From assembly GCA_010015585.1 (NCBI GenBank), contig ML975157.1: 46,155 nt of DNA; one strand, written 5' to 3'. The position numbers were made by a program, and so were the translations under genes. The notes under the pieces were generated by a model. The model ran no database searches, was not told the DNA's origin, and saw nothing but the letters and a program-made list of their open reading frames with translations. Of this stretch, positions 1-11,060 are shown in pieces (within the stretch, counting starts at the first letter, position 1; the number at the start of each line of letters is the position of its first letter). This stretch comes from Eremomyces bilateralis CBS 781.70 (lineage: Eukaryota).

Positions 1-32
1 ACAGCCATCCATGGTACAGGTAGCCGAGACAT
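1..32 (-). CDS. possible 5' start of a gene running off the left edge (MSRLPVPWMA...)
   Basis: ATG at 32-30 in a good context (gaaaATGt), open to the window edge, divergent from the thioesterase; only 10 codons visible. Confidence 0.25.
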   Translation of the reverse strand, partial: MSRLPVPWMA

Positions 33-553
33 TTTCGTCCCAATATCGGAGTTCGGACGTCACTGCTTCTGTTCGGGAAACCGACGCCTGTTACTACACC
101 TCTCGTCGACATCAACATTCTCTCACGATGAACAGACCCAAAACCAGAAGATCGTAGGAATTAGGTAGGTAAGTAATCCCCACAAGTAACTCTCCGTATC
201 CAGAAGTGCCGAGATAGCTTACGCCTCCACAACCCGACATCATTGGTCATTAGAAATATCCGAGGTCTTAAGGTGAGAGCTAAATTCGACTTCGCATGTT
301 TATCAGTAGGTTATCTATTCTTTGGCATCTCTTAATTGGTATTTCTTAACTGGCATCGACAACGTTTGAGATGGCCTATCAATTTTCCCACTGAAAATCA
401 ACGAATCATTTCCTTCTCCGTCCATTTACTAGGCCCTGTTTTGTGCCCTTCCTCGGATTAGGTTCCTCATAGAATTTGTGGGCAACATCAGAAAGCGGTT
501 GCTTGCTCCTTTTTATTATTATACAGCAAGATCCAGGCGGAGCGCAGTTCGTC

Positions 554-1728
554 ATGGCTCCCCGTCCCTATTTCAACCAAGCAAAAGAGGTGGTATCTTT
601 TTACGAGAGTATGCGACTCGAAAAGATAGACGAAACGACATATCGATCAGTTACTAAGGCATACTCACCGACCGGAGGTGAGAATGGTACATATGGAGGT
701 CATGTCTATTCACAAGCCGCTTGGGCTGCGGCACAAACCGTGGAAGAAGGATTCGTTATTCATGTACGGAATGATCCAATGCCATGCATCTAAATATAAA
801 CTAACGTGAGCAGAGCATAACAGGATATTTTGTTCTAGGGGGGATACCCTCGGAGCATTATGTGTACTCCGTCCAAATCGTAAGAGACGGCGGTAACTAT
901 TGTACGCGAATGGTTACAGCCACGCAAATTGCTGAGAAAGGAGCGACGTTTACCTGCACCTGTTCGTTCAAAAGGGCAGAGTTTTCCTCGGTGGACTATC
1001 AATCGAACTTGGATCTTCATGGGAAGTACAAGGCCGTACTAGCCGGAAAACAACCCTTTGATCACCCAGACGCCCCCAGTCTGGATTCAGACTGGTTCCG
1101 TGAAACGTACATACCGGCACATCCGGAGCATTTCAACCCACTGGCAGGGATGCATATCCGGAGTGTTGATATGAGTTCATTCAACACCCGTTTGGCACCT
1201 CATCGCCGACGGAAACTCATCCTCTACTCCCTCCGCGGTTCCCTACCATCACCGGCAACCCCAGCAGCCGATGCCACCCCGACGAAATCGCGCACCCCAA
1301 AATATAAAGGACTGTCGTTCACTCGCGCGGCGAATCTGCACGCCCTCACCCATATCTACGCCTCGGACCGCAACTCCCTCTACGTCATTCCCAACCACCT
1401 CGACCTCAGCCGCAAATATACGCGGATGGCTAGCCTGTCCCATACCGTGATCTTCCATTCATCGCCGGAAACGTTCTTCATGCCGAACGAACCGCGGACG
1501 CACGCGCCGAATGCGGCACAGACCCAGCAGAACACGATCGAAGGGGACGAAGGTCTCTCGACCGGCGAGCGGAAGTGGTTCATGCAGGAATCTTGGATGG
1601 AAAGGGCAAGTGGTGGGCGCTGTCTGCATGTGAGCCGGCACTATGATCCGGATACTGGTTGCCATCTGGCAACCACAATGCAGGATGGGTTGGTGCGGTT
1701 TAGCACTGATGCGGAAGTGAAGCTGTAG
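554..1728 (+). CDS. acyl-CoA thioesterase II (TesB/Tes1-like, double hot-dog)
   Basis: Exons 554-763 and 814-1728; intron GTACGG..CTAAC..CAG. Motifs YGGHVYSQAAWAA, VRDGGNYCTR, YASDRNS, MASLSHTVIFH, QDGLVR; C-terminus EVKL. Confidence 0.88.
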
Positions 1729-2369
1729 GCCTAGTTGTTTGGACCAGTGCTAGAATTCTGACATCGATGGGACATTGTGCATACCGGAGTAGAAATAGGG
1801 GGATGGTGATAAAGTTAAGAGACACGCTTTGAGCAATATTCTGGGTATTCTTAGAATCGCGGAATTACGATACCGTTATTCTAGCAATACATCGCATCTT
1901 TTGTATTGTACTTCCCCCAAATGAATTGGTACTAGATCGATGATTTGAGCTGGCGGTGGCTACAGCGAATGCAGGCCTTTAGCGGAGAAATTTATGACTG
2001 GTAACTACATTTATTACCGTTTAGAAGACGGCATGATGATCCCTAAGGCGGGTTGAAATTTCAAGCTGACGAAAACGTAGTATGTTTGTAGTATTATTCA
2101 CAAGTTACGATTAAGTTAAAAGAAATTGATTCGCGTGTTCGGACTTCGGAGTCGAGACGCGTCAGGGTGATTACATCACGCGTGGGGCTTGCCCTGGTCC
2201 TTCTGATACGATACGGAGCCATCTGATCTAAACGAACCTCAGTCTTCATGCCACCATCTTCGACTGTCGCAGTGACCGGAAGTGAGAAATGAATTCGGCC
2301 TAGGATCAAGGATCTGAAAGCTCCCGATGAAACACTTACCGTATCGTAACTTTGAGCAAGTCGTTCACA

Positions 2370-5072
2370 ATGCCGAGCCCGGCAAAGCGCCGCAAAAAGA
2401 ATGACTTCAAGTCGGCGGATCAATCGGTTCGAGGTCTCGACTACTTCTTCGCGAAGCAGCAGGCCAATAAAGGCACGCCTAGTTCACATGGTACGGGGGA
2501 AGAGAAACCTACCTGTGCGGAACGGAATGAGGTCACGCAGGAGACAGACGAGGAGTATGCGCGAAGGCTACAGGAGCAATACGACAAGGAAGAGCAAGGG
2601 CTTGGGATATCACGTTCTGAAGCGGAAGATGGAATACCCAATGGAACCACGTCTCGTCTAAAATCAGTCGAAGTCCCCAAGGCTGGTAGCTCCGAGAGGA
2701 AACCATTGGAGCCGACGATCCGTACGCTATCGCTTCAACACGGAACAACCGCTGCAGACAAAGTCACCTTCGCCATCCCACTCGACGAAGATCCATTGAC
2801 TTTCGACCTCTCGACATATATATCCCCCCTCCAAGCCCAATGGAGCTCCACCGGTGGGAATGCGACATATGCTCTATTGACCCATTGCTTCACCATTGCA
2901 GGCAGCACTACTGGGCGGATCAAGACTACGAACACGCTCATTAACACCTTCCGACTCCTGATCGCCGCCGACCCAGACTCTCTTCTCCCCGCTGTATGGC
3001 TCAGTACGAACTCCATAAGCGCCCCCCATGACCCTATGGAACTGAACCTAGGCGGAAGCACCATCAGCAAGGCGCTCTGCAAAGTGTATAGCCTGACTCC
3101 GGCCACCTTGCGGACCCTGTATAACAAGTACGGAGACGGCGGGGACGTGGCATTCGAGGCCAAGAAGCGGGCAAGCTTGACATTGCGGAAGCCGAAGCCA
3201 TTGACCGTTCAGGGGGTTTACGACGATCTGGGGAAGATCGCAAAATCTACAGGGAAGGGAAGCGCCGAGATGAAGCAGGGGACAGTGGAGAGGATGATCA
3301 GAGATGCTGGCACCGGCGAAGAATCACGATACCTGGTTCGAACATTGGTTCAGAATTTGCGGATTGGCGCGGTTAAGACTACGACGCTCATAGCCCTGTC
3401 GCGAGCATTCCTCCTCACTGCACCTCCCCACCCCCCCGAATCCTTCACTTCTGCTTATGACCCAACATCTGTTGCGCGCATGTCCAAAGATGCTCGCCAA
3501 GAGCTCTTCCTCCGTGCAGAGGAGCTTTTGAAGGCGTCATACGCCCGCCATCCATCGTACGCTACCCTTGTGCCCGCGCTTCTGGAGGTCGGCATCTCCC
3601 CGGAACTGCTGTTGCGCTGCGGGCTCTCTCTGCATGTACCACTGCGGCCTATGCTTGGTGCCATCACTCGGGATCTTCCTTCGATGCTCGCCCAGTTAGC
3701 CGGGAGAGCGTTCACGGCTGAATGGAAGTATGATGGGCAGCGTGCCCAAGTTCACTGCGATGACGCTGGAACGGTGAGCATATTCAGTCGGCACCTGGAG
3801 AATATGACGGATAAGTATCCGGACCTGGTCTCCCTTGTGCCCCAATTCCGAGGTGAAGGTGTGAGCAGCTTCATCTTGGAGGGTGAGGTCGTTGCCGTGA
3901 ATCCGGAAACAGGACAGTTACTCCCGTTCCAGACGCTCTCAAACCGTGCCAGGAAGGATGTTAAACAAGAGGACGTTAAGGTTCAGGTGTGCTTATATGC
4001 TTTTGATTTGATGTATCTGAATGGGAGCGAACTACTTGGACGACCATTGCGAGAGAGGCGAAATATTTTGAAAAGCCTGTTTAATTCGATACCTCGACGG
4101 TTTGAATGGGTCCGAAATCTCGACGCCACAAGCGAAGACGTGGAGTCAGTGCGAGAGTTTTTCCAAGAAGCCACGAATAATAAGTGCGAAGGGATTATGG
4201 TGAAGGTCTTGGATAACCTTGACGAGGATATTAAGCTGGCTGAGCAAGAGGATCTTATCGATGGCGATGTGCCAAGTATTCCCACCCGCAAGAAGGCCAA
4301 GCCTGCCAAAGGCAAAGAAGCCTCAAAGCCATCGAAAGCGGCCGATGAAAGCGCAGAAAATGCTTCAGAAGCGAGACCGTCTCGCCGAAAACCTCTGCTT
4401 GCGACTTATACCCCGGACAAACGACTCGAGTCCTGGCTCAAGGTGAAGAAGGATTATGCACAGTCCGCTGATACGATCGACATGATCCCAATCGGTGCCT
4501 GGCACGGCCAAGGCCGAAAATCCAAATGGTGGAGCCCGATTCTCCTCGCGGTCCGCAACGAATCGACCGGCTTGCTCGAAGCGGTGACGAAGTGCATGAG
4601 CGGCTTCACTGATAAGTTCTACAAAGAGAATCGAGCCAAATACGACCCAGATGGTCAGGCGGGAGGGCCCCCAGAGAACGAGGAGGACGATGACAGCGAT
4701 GATTTGGAAGCAGTGGAACGTATTGGGAAAAATACGCTGGCTTCCAAACCCATGTACGTTGAGTACAATGGCCCGGAACCAGACATCTGGTTCGAACCGC
4801 AAGAGGTATGGGAATGTGTCTTCGCAGATGTGACCTTGTCTCCGACCTATACCGCCGCGATCGGCCTCGTCAGCGACGAACGCGGCCTGAGTCTGCGATT
4901 TCCGCGATTTCTTCGCGTCCGTGAAGATAAGAGTATCGAGGAGGCCAGTACCAGCGAATTTTTGGCAGAATTGTACCGGAAGCAGGCGGGTGACCCGGAC
5001 CGACCATCAGCCGAGAAAATGGAGGTCGAAGAGGAGGCCGAGCTGGACGATGACGGGGAGTTGTATGGATAG
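2370..5072 (+). CDS. ATP-dependent DNA ligase, ligase-I-like paralog (S. pombe adl1/'lig3' type)
   Basis: Intronless ORF from ATG 2370. Adenylation motif EWKYDGQRAQ; ILEGEVV, YAFDLMY, CEGIMVK, WLKVKKDY, SLRFPRFLRVREDK. Confidence 0.93.
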   Translation: MPSPAKRRKKNDFKSADQSVRGLDYFFAKQQANKGTPSSHGTGEEKPTCAERNEVTQETDEEYARRLQEQYDKEEQGLGISRSEAEDGIPNGTTSRLKSVEVPKAGSSERKPLEPTIRTLSLQHGTTAADKVTFAIPLDEDPLTFDLSTYISPLQAQWSSTGGNATYALLTHCFTIAGSTTGRIKTTNTLINTFRLLIAADPDSLLPAVWLSTNSISAPHDPMELNLGGSTISKALCKVYSLTPATLRTLYNKYGDGGDVAFEAKKRASLTLRKPKPLTVQGVYDDLGKIAKSTGKGSAEMKQGTVERMIRDAGTGEESRYLVRTLVQNLRIGAVKTTTLIALSRAFLLTAPPHPPESFTSAYDPTSVARMSKDARQELFLRAEELLKASYARHPSYATLVPALLEVGISPELLLRCGLSLHVPLRPMLGAITRDLPSMLAQLAGRAFTAEWKYDGQRAQVHCDDAGTVSIFSRHLENMTDKYPDLVSLVPQFRGEGVSSFILEGEVVAVNPETGQLLPFQTLSNRARKDVKQEDVKVQVCLYAFDLMYLNGSELLGRPLRERRNILKSLFNSIPRRFEWVRNLDATSEDVESVREFFQEATNNKCEGIMVKVLDNLDEDIKLAEQEDLIDGDVPSIPTRKKAKPAKGKEASKPSKAADESAENASEARPSRRKPLLATYTPDKRLESWLKVKKDYAQSADTIDMIPIGAWHGQGRKSKWWSPILLAVRNESTGLLEAVTKCMSGFTDKFYKENRAKYDPDGQAGGPPENEEDDDSDDLEAVERIGKNTLASKPMYVEYNGPEPDIWFEPQEVWECVFADVTLSPTYTAAIGLVSDERGLSLRFPRFLRVREDKSIEEASTSEFLAELYRKQAGDPDRPSAEKMEVEEEAELDDDGELYG

Positions 5073-5084
5073 AAAGACCGCAAT

Positions 5085-5965
5085 TTATGTTTTGGCCTCG
5101 AGGATTGACACGCACTCGGCGCGGAGCTCCTCGACTCCCTGAACACCGGTCCAGTTATCTAGGAGGGCCTGGATTTCGTCCCAGTCTGCCGCTGCAGCGT
5201 CGATGTCGCCTTGCTCCTGAAACTGGCGCAGTCGGCGAGGAGTATCCAGCGCCCATTGGACAGTTTGTCGTTGCATCTCTTTCTCGGACGGTTGAGTGTC
5301 TCCTCCGGCTGCGTCTCTCTGATGCTGTCCTGCACGAGAACGTAAATTGTTTGACAACGTAGAAGCTGTCTCCGCGATGTGCGATATGGCAGGAGATAAG
5401 GTGGATGTCGCAGGCGTCATCGGATCCATGTTCGTTCGCATCTGTACAGCTCATTAGTGCGTGTCGGGTCGAGTTCGTGTATGAGGTCGCACCTTGAGAA
5501 TGGTATCCGTGGCAGCGATCAATTTCGAGTAATTGTCATATACCAGAGCTTTCCGCTCCCCGTCCAAACCACGGATCTCTGCTTCATGATCAACCAACAG
5601 TCGTCATATATGTTCGGAACCCTAGCCTACGAACCACTCAGCAACCCAGCTTCCACGCGTAATATGTCCTGGAGCCCCTTCGTTTCCAGTAAGTCCTTGA
5701 CATATTTCTCGGAATCGAATCCCGGCCGATCAAGCTCGCTTTCCTCGTCATCTGGTCCGCCATCTCGATTCGCCTGGTCGGTCCCATTCTTCAACGGAGA
5801 CTCGCTTGGCTTGATCTTGTAATAGTCGCGGAGAGCAGCGCGATTTCGGCGGGTGGTGGGAGCTCGCGGAGCGGGACCTGATGCGGACAGAGTATCGGTG
5901 GAAGTCCGCGAAGAGGCGGGCTGCGAAGATGAAGCTCGCGGAGACGCATCCTGTGGATTTGACAT
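5085..5965 (-). CDS. VPS51: Vps51/Vps67 family GARP complex subunit
   Basis: Exons 5965-5635, 5578-5493, 5441-5085 splice in frame. RRNRAALRDYY and EIRGLDGERKALVYDNYSKLIAATDTI are the Vps51 signature. Confidence 0.9.
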
Positions 5966-8324
5966 GGTTGATAGCGAGGATATTCGGAATTCATTAGTTG
6001 GTCAACTGTGTCAATTGCATCTGACGTTTCCCAGTACATCTCCGCAATGACGCTGATTGGATGGTGCCATCAGTTACTACCCCATGTTGCGGACCGTAAG
6101 CGCCATAGCCGCATATATTGTACCCCTTTCGCCAGGCTTTGATATTACTACTTAAAAACCGAAGTGAAAACAGAACCGTCATCATTACCGCGTAAGAGTG
6201 TGGTCAATCATTTTGACTTTTTATCAGTGAGTCTTATTCCTCAAAATGTATTCCATTTGCCTGCCTGTGAAGAGTCGCGCTCGACATTGCCAATTTTCAT
6301 TACGGGTCGCGAGTCCAATCTCGGGAGAGTCGGGGGCATCAAAGGGCTCCAGGAATGCCTGACATTCCAACTGGGCTGCATGCACCTTGGAGATACCGTT
6401 GCTTCGTGCCTCGTTGTGCCTTGACCGGACAATCAAAGGGCTACGAATTGACACTCTGGGTCGAAGCCGTAGAACCCAGTGGGATCCATCCTCGTATCAG
6501 GCACAAGTCAAGGAAGAGACCTATCTGCCGGGGTTGGAGGTCATACGGTCTATCCATTTCTGAAAAACCATATGGTTGACGCCCATTTGACCAAGTGTCC
6601 ACCCTGTGAAGCCTCTTCATACACCTGGGTGAAGGTCCCCAGGATGGTGAAATCATCACCAACATTGCCGTGTTCAGATCAATTACAACATCCATCCCGC
6701 CTTGCTACGGCGCCGTGCACCGAGTAAAAGTGCCATGCTTTGGGCAGGCACTCTGCCTATCAACCAACATCAACCGAAAAAATGAAGGAGAAGAAAAACG
6801 TATTCCGCAGAAGATATATGGCTCCGTCTTCCCCGTTCACGACTGGCTCGTGGACAGTGGCCCATAATTCCAGGAAGCTTTCATCGCCCTAGAAGCTTTG
6901 TGAGAGCAGAACTAGTTGGACTCTGCACGTCAACACTTCTGCTCGCCGAAAAAGCGGCCTATGAAGGACCTATGTAGGCGTCCATATCGAAAGCGTTATG
7001 GACCGCGCAAGAGCTCGAGATGCGCAGTGGCAGAGTCGTGCATGCTTGCGCCGAGAAATAGGTTCCCTTCTCGACCTTCACCATCCATGCAATCTTGTTT
7101 GGAAGATTGTCCGGGAAAAAAACAAATCAACCAGCCAGAACATTCGAGTGGCCGAGAGAAGCTGTTCTACCTTGCGGAACAATGACACGCAACGAATCCT
7201 CTTGGTCATTTCTATGCGCCGCTTAGCCGAATACATGAGCGAAGTGGGGATAGCATTCCACTGGACTGTTCCGACTCTTTCCCCAATACTTGAGCACAGG
7301 CTGCGTTCAGATTCTCCTTGTCGACATCTCTTGACCTGCGACGGCATCCGTATTGGCACAACCAATTCTATTCAAGATCCCTTTGTTGCCGAGAAGAGAG
7401 TTATGGTTGCGCGGGTGTTGTTATGAGCTGCCCTGGGCGAATTGACTGTTGGAGAGCGATCACACCGACTCTGTCGAATCCGAGCAGGAGTATATCCGCC
7501 AGCTTACGAGGTGCCCGACTTCAACTCTCCTCGAGCATATAGCGGTGCGAGGTCCTCCACGACGTATTCTGGAATACTATCTATCCTAGTTGGTTGCTTC
7601 AGTCTGATTTCAAAGCTTGTCCACGATCGATGCAAGGTGTACCGTCGTGCATCTATACACCTCACACCTCGAAGATTTGATCGCAATCCTCGATGGCGGC
7701 GATGTGCCATTCGTCCTGCGGAAAACTCGTCGTTTTCAATTGTGTTTGAGGCGTATTCGTCCTTGGAAATACTTGGAGCGGTATTTGACCTTGTGGCAAG
7801 GACTTCGAATGCAACACGCGCTCTTTCCCTTTGAAGTGGACGGCTCTCTACCGATACATTGCAACCTAACAACCTTTCCCAGGTGGCCTGTTACTATTGA
7901 TCAAAGGCAATGCAAAGTCGACGATTGAAAAATACTGGGTTAATCACCGTATCCTAAGCTGCCTGTGCAGGAGCCAATCCAGCCTCATCTCGAGCACCTT
8001 GATGGACGAGGAGTGGTACGCACAACTTGGATATTGCTGCACCAGGAGTGATATACACAAGCTGGATATCACTCACTCACTGCACCGGTCACATCACCAA
8101 CGGTCGGTACTAATAACCAGGTATATCCTGAACACGTGCTCACACGCGTGACATTGAGGATTGTTGTGAATGTGGATCGTGTCAACTACATAACCACCGA
8201 GCGGCAGGAGCGAGCAGGATTCCGCTTTTGTTGCCTGTTCCGCGTGCCTGCCAAACTCGGGTCCCAGCATCCTCCTCTTCCCGTCATTTCACACTTTCAT
8301 GACTCTTATGACTCTCATCAGATT

Positions 8325-8355
8325 TCCATCATCTCCATCATCTCCATCATCTCCA
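8325..8355 (+). repeat. 9-bp tandem repeat (TCCATCATC)x3.4
   Basis: Read directly from sequence, just upstream of the F-box-like gene. Confidence 0.85.
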
Positions 8356-8448
8356 AGCTAATGGTACAACAGTACAATACTGATAGCTTCTGAAACCTGG
8401 TTGCACTTCAGGTCTCCATCAACACACAGTCCGGGCGACCTCTGCATC

Positions 8449-9568
8449 ATGTCGGGCCCGCTCGAGGAAGCAACACTGGCTGTTCAACGCCATATGCGAG
8501 GATCGCCCATCGAAGGACTCCCTCTCGAGATCCGAGTCGAAATTATACGCCACTGCCCCGATCTTGCCGCCATCCGATCCGCAACTCTCTCTTGTCCTGC
8601 GCTCCGCGATGCATATGAGTCGATCAAGCATCGCATTCCCTGGCAGTATCAAATCTTCAAGGGCGAAATCTCCCGCCTCAGACTCGAGGAAGATGTCTAC
8701 CGCGAGTCCGTTCTGTTCGAAGTCTCGCACGGTGCGTGGAAGGACCGCAAGAATGACTACGCCGTATGGCAGATGTGCCTCCACCAAGTGTACGGAACTG
8801 CCGTGCCTATCCCCGCCGACTGGGATTCCGATGGATCCCTAGCAGCACAAAACTCCCGAGAGCGGATTCTCTCCGTCTTTCGAATGGTCGACTTCTTCAG
8901 CCAGAAATTTCTCGTCCGTAATCCTGATGGAAAGGAACGAGCTGCTACGACTTGGTCTCTCAGCGCCGACGACTACAAGTTTGTGGCTAAATTGAGCCGC
9001 GATGAGTTCGTCAAGGCGGTCTATCGGGCATTCTATCATATCCAATGCATCAGCACGATGTACACCGTGAATCGATCAAGAGGACCTCCGCGTTTCTGCC
9101 ATGGGAATGTCTCTTGTTTCTTCGATGCACAAAGCCGTTCTAACCAAATGTTCGTTACCATGGCCTACGATTTCATCGGCAACGTCATCTGTGATAGTAA
9201 GTAACCAAGCTCTCCTAATTCTTCTAGTTTTGTTGATTGTTTATCTAACACACGACCCAGGGCTTGGGAAGGGAGATATGATCTGGCCGACTTGGGCTTC
9301 AGAAATCGATCGAGACGCGTGGAAGACAGTGCCTCTGAACAATTACCTGCATTATTTCTACAGCAACGAGCTCGACTTCACCTACAAGTTCCTTCGCGGA
9401 CCCCTAGACCGATCCAGTGGCGTGTTGCTCCCTCGCACGGCGCGACCTTCCCATCTCCTGCTTCGAAAGTACCTCTGGGCCATGCTGCATGAATACAAGA
9501 AGTATTGGGGCGAGTCAGGGCTCGAGTCGTCTCATCGGGCAAGTGATTCGGATGAAGATGAAGAATGA
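8449..9568 (+). CDS. hypothetical protein with N-terminal F-box-like motif
   Basis: Exons 8449-9196 and 9261-9568; intron GTAAGT..CTAAC..CAG joins two ORFs in frame. N-terminal IEGLPLEIRVEIIRHCPDLAAIRSATLSCPAL resembles an F-box. Confidence 0.65.
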
Positions 9569-11060
9569 AAGAGGCGATGCGCTGACATGGGGGTCTGTTG
9601 GCGGAGAATACAGGCCGAACCGAGATTCATTTGGCGGCCCTACTGCGTATACCGGCGTCCAAGCTCTGACAGCGCTCGCTTGAGGACTTTTCTTTAATTC
9701 TCAGTCTCGGTCGCTCCCGGGCCAAACTGGGTTTGGGATTCTGCACTAGTTGGTGGGACTTGAAGACTGCAAGTCCACCATGTGCCTCATGGATCTACAT
9801 CGCATACAGCTTGTTGCATCTTTTGTGGCGAGAATCAAATCAATGATGAAGCCTGTACATTAGCATAGCTACAATAATGAATCACGAACAGCGACATGGA
9901 TCACTTCACTTAAATGTGTGTGTTGAATTTTTTCGAGGGTGGTTGAACGGTACCTTACCCCTGAGACAAGCAGAGACTCCTGCCTTGGAGAACCGATAGA
10001 TAATGTGACCTCAAGGCTCAAGCCCAATACTCTCTAATTATAGGTACTTACCCTGTGATACACGCATTCTTCAATGCTACTAAGATCCTAAAACCGTGGC
10101 TATGACACAATGAGTTGACCTATGGATTTTCATAGTAAGCCTTCGATCAGCGAGTTCGCCGTCGATGTATGACTCACATAGATTCCACTCACTTCGGTTT
10201 GCTTTTACTCTCTATTTTATTCTCTATTCCAAGGTTCGCAGTGTCAATATTTCCACTCCGAGTTTCCATTTTGGAATTCTTGCCCGGCACAATCAGTCTA
10301 CGCAGTGCGGCTCTATCCGGCCACATTAGGTTGGCTCATCGGATGCTCCACAGCACCTGACGGCAGAACTGAAGCGCAACGATGGGATGCCGTCATCCTC
10401 GTCATGCACCTGAACACCTCATCCATCTCGCAGGTTGTGGCACCAAGCCGGCTGTAGCGGGTCCCATGGACGGCTTCTTCTACTGTTGCCTCCACAGTGG
10501 GTAGGCATGAGACCTGGAAAAGAAGGGTTGGACAACTTGTCGAGGACGTCCTTTGATAGGTAGGAATGCGATGTCCCGATTGTAGTCAGCATTTAGAATC
10601 GGTATCCCTCACCTCCTTGGACAGCCTCATTAGTTATCATGAACACTTGTACGGTAGACCACCAATGGTGTGACCGGATTCCAGTTAGAAGCAGTGGCCC
10701 ATAGAATATGGTCCGATATACTACATATCCGTACCGTATACCGACATAAATGCTTCAATCAGACCTATGCATTCATATCCAGCGTTCAAGATGATTTTGC
10801 AATGGATTTCATGTACCTGCATGCTGTCGCGTTCTGTTTCAATACTTATCCCCATTATTCCGTGTCTGGACAGTTAGCTAGCTTATGTTGGCCCCGTGCA
10901 TGGGTTCCCGTTCCCTGAGCCGCAGTCACTGGAAGCTTTGGCGACTCATCATTATTATGTATCAATCCTCCCCCATTCCCCCAAGCATCTTCACACTCAG
11001 ACACGCGATGTTATTCCACCGTCGTGGGGTCATCCTCTACGAACCGCTTATTCGTCCAAC

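Noticed and set aside
9955..10015. CTGAGA...GAACCGAT..GATAATG resembling TPP riboswitch elements
   Set aside because: No ATAC/P2-P4-P5 pairing pattern or CUGGAUAAU..CAGCG loop, and no thiamine gene or intron context
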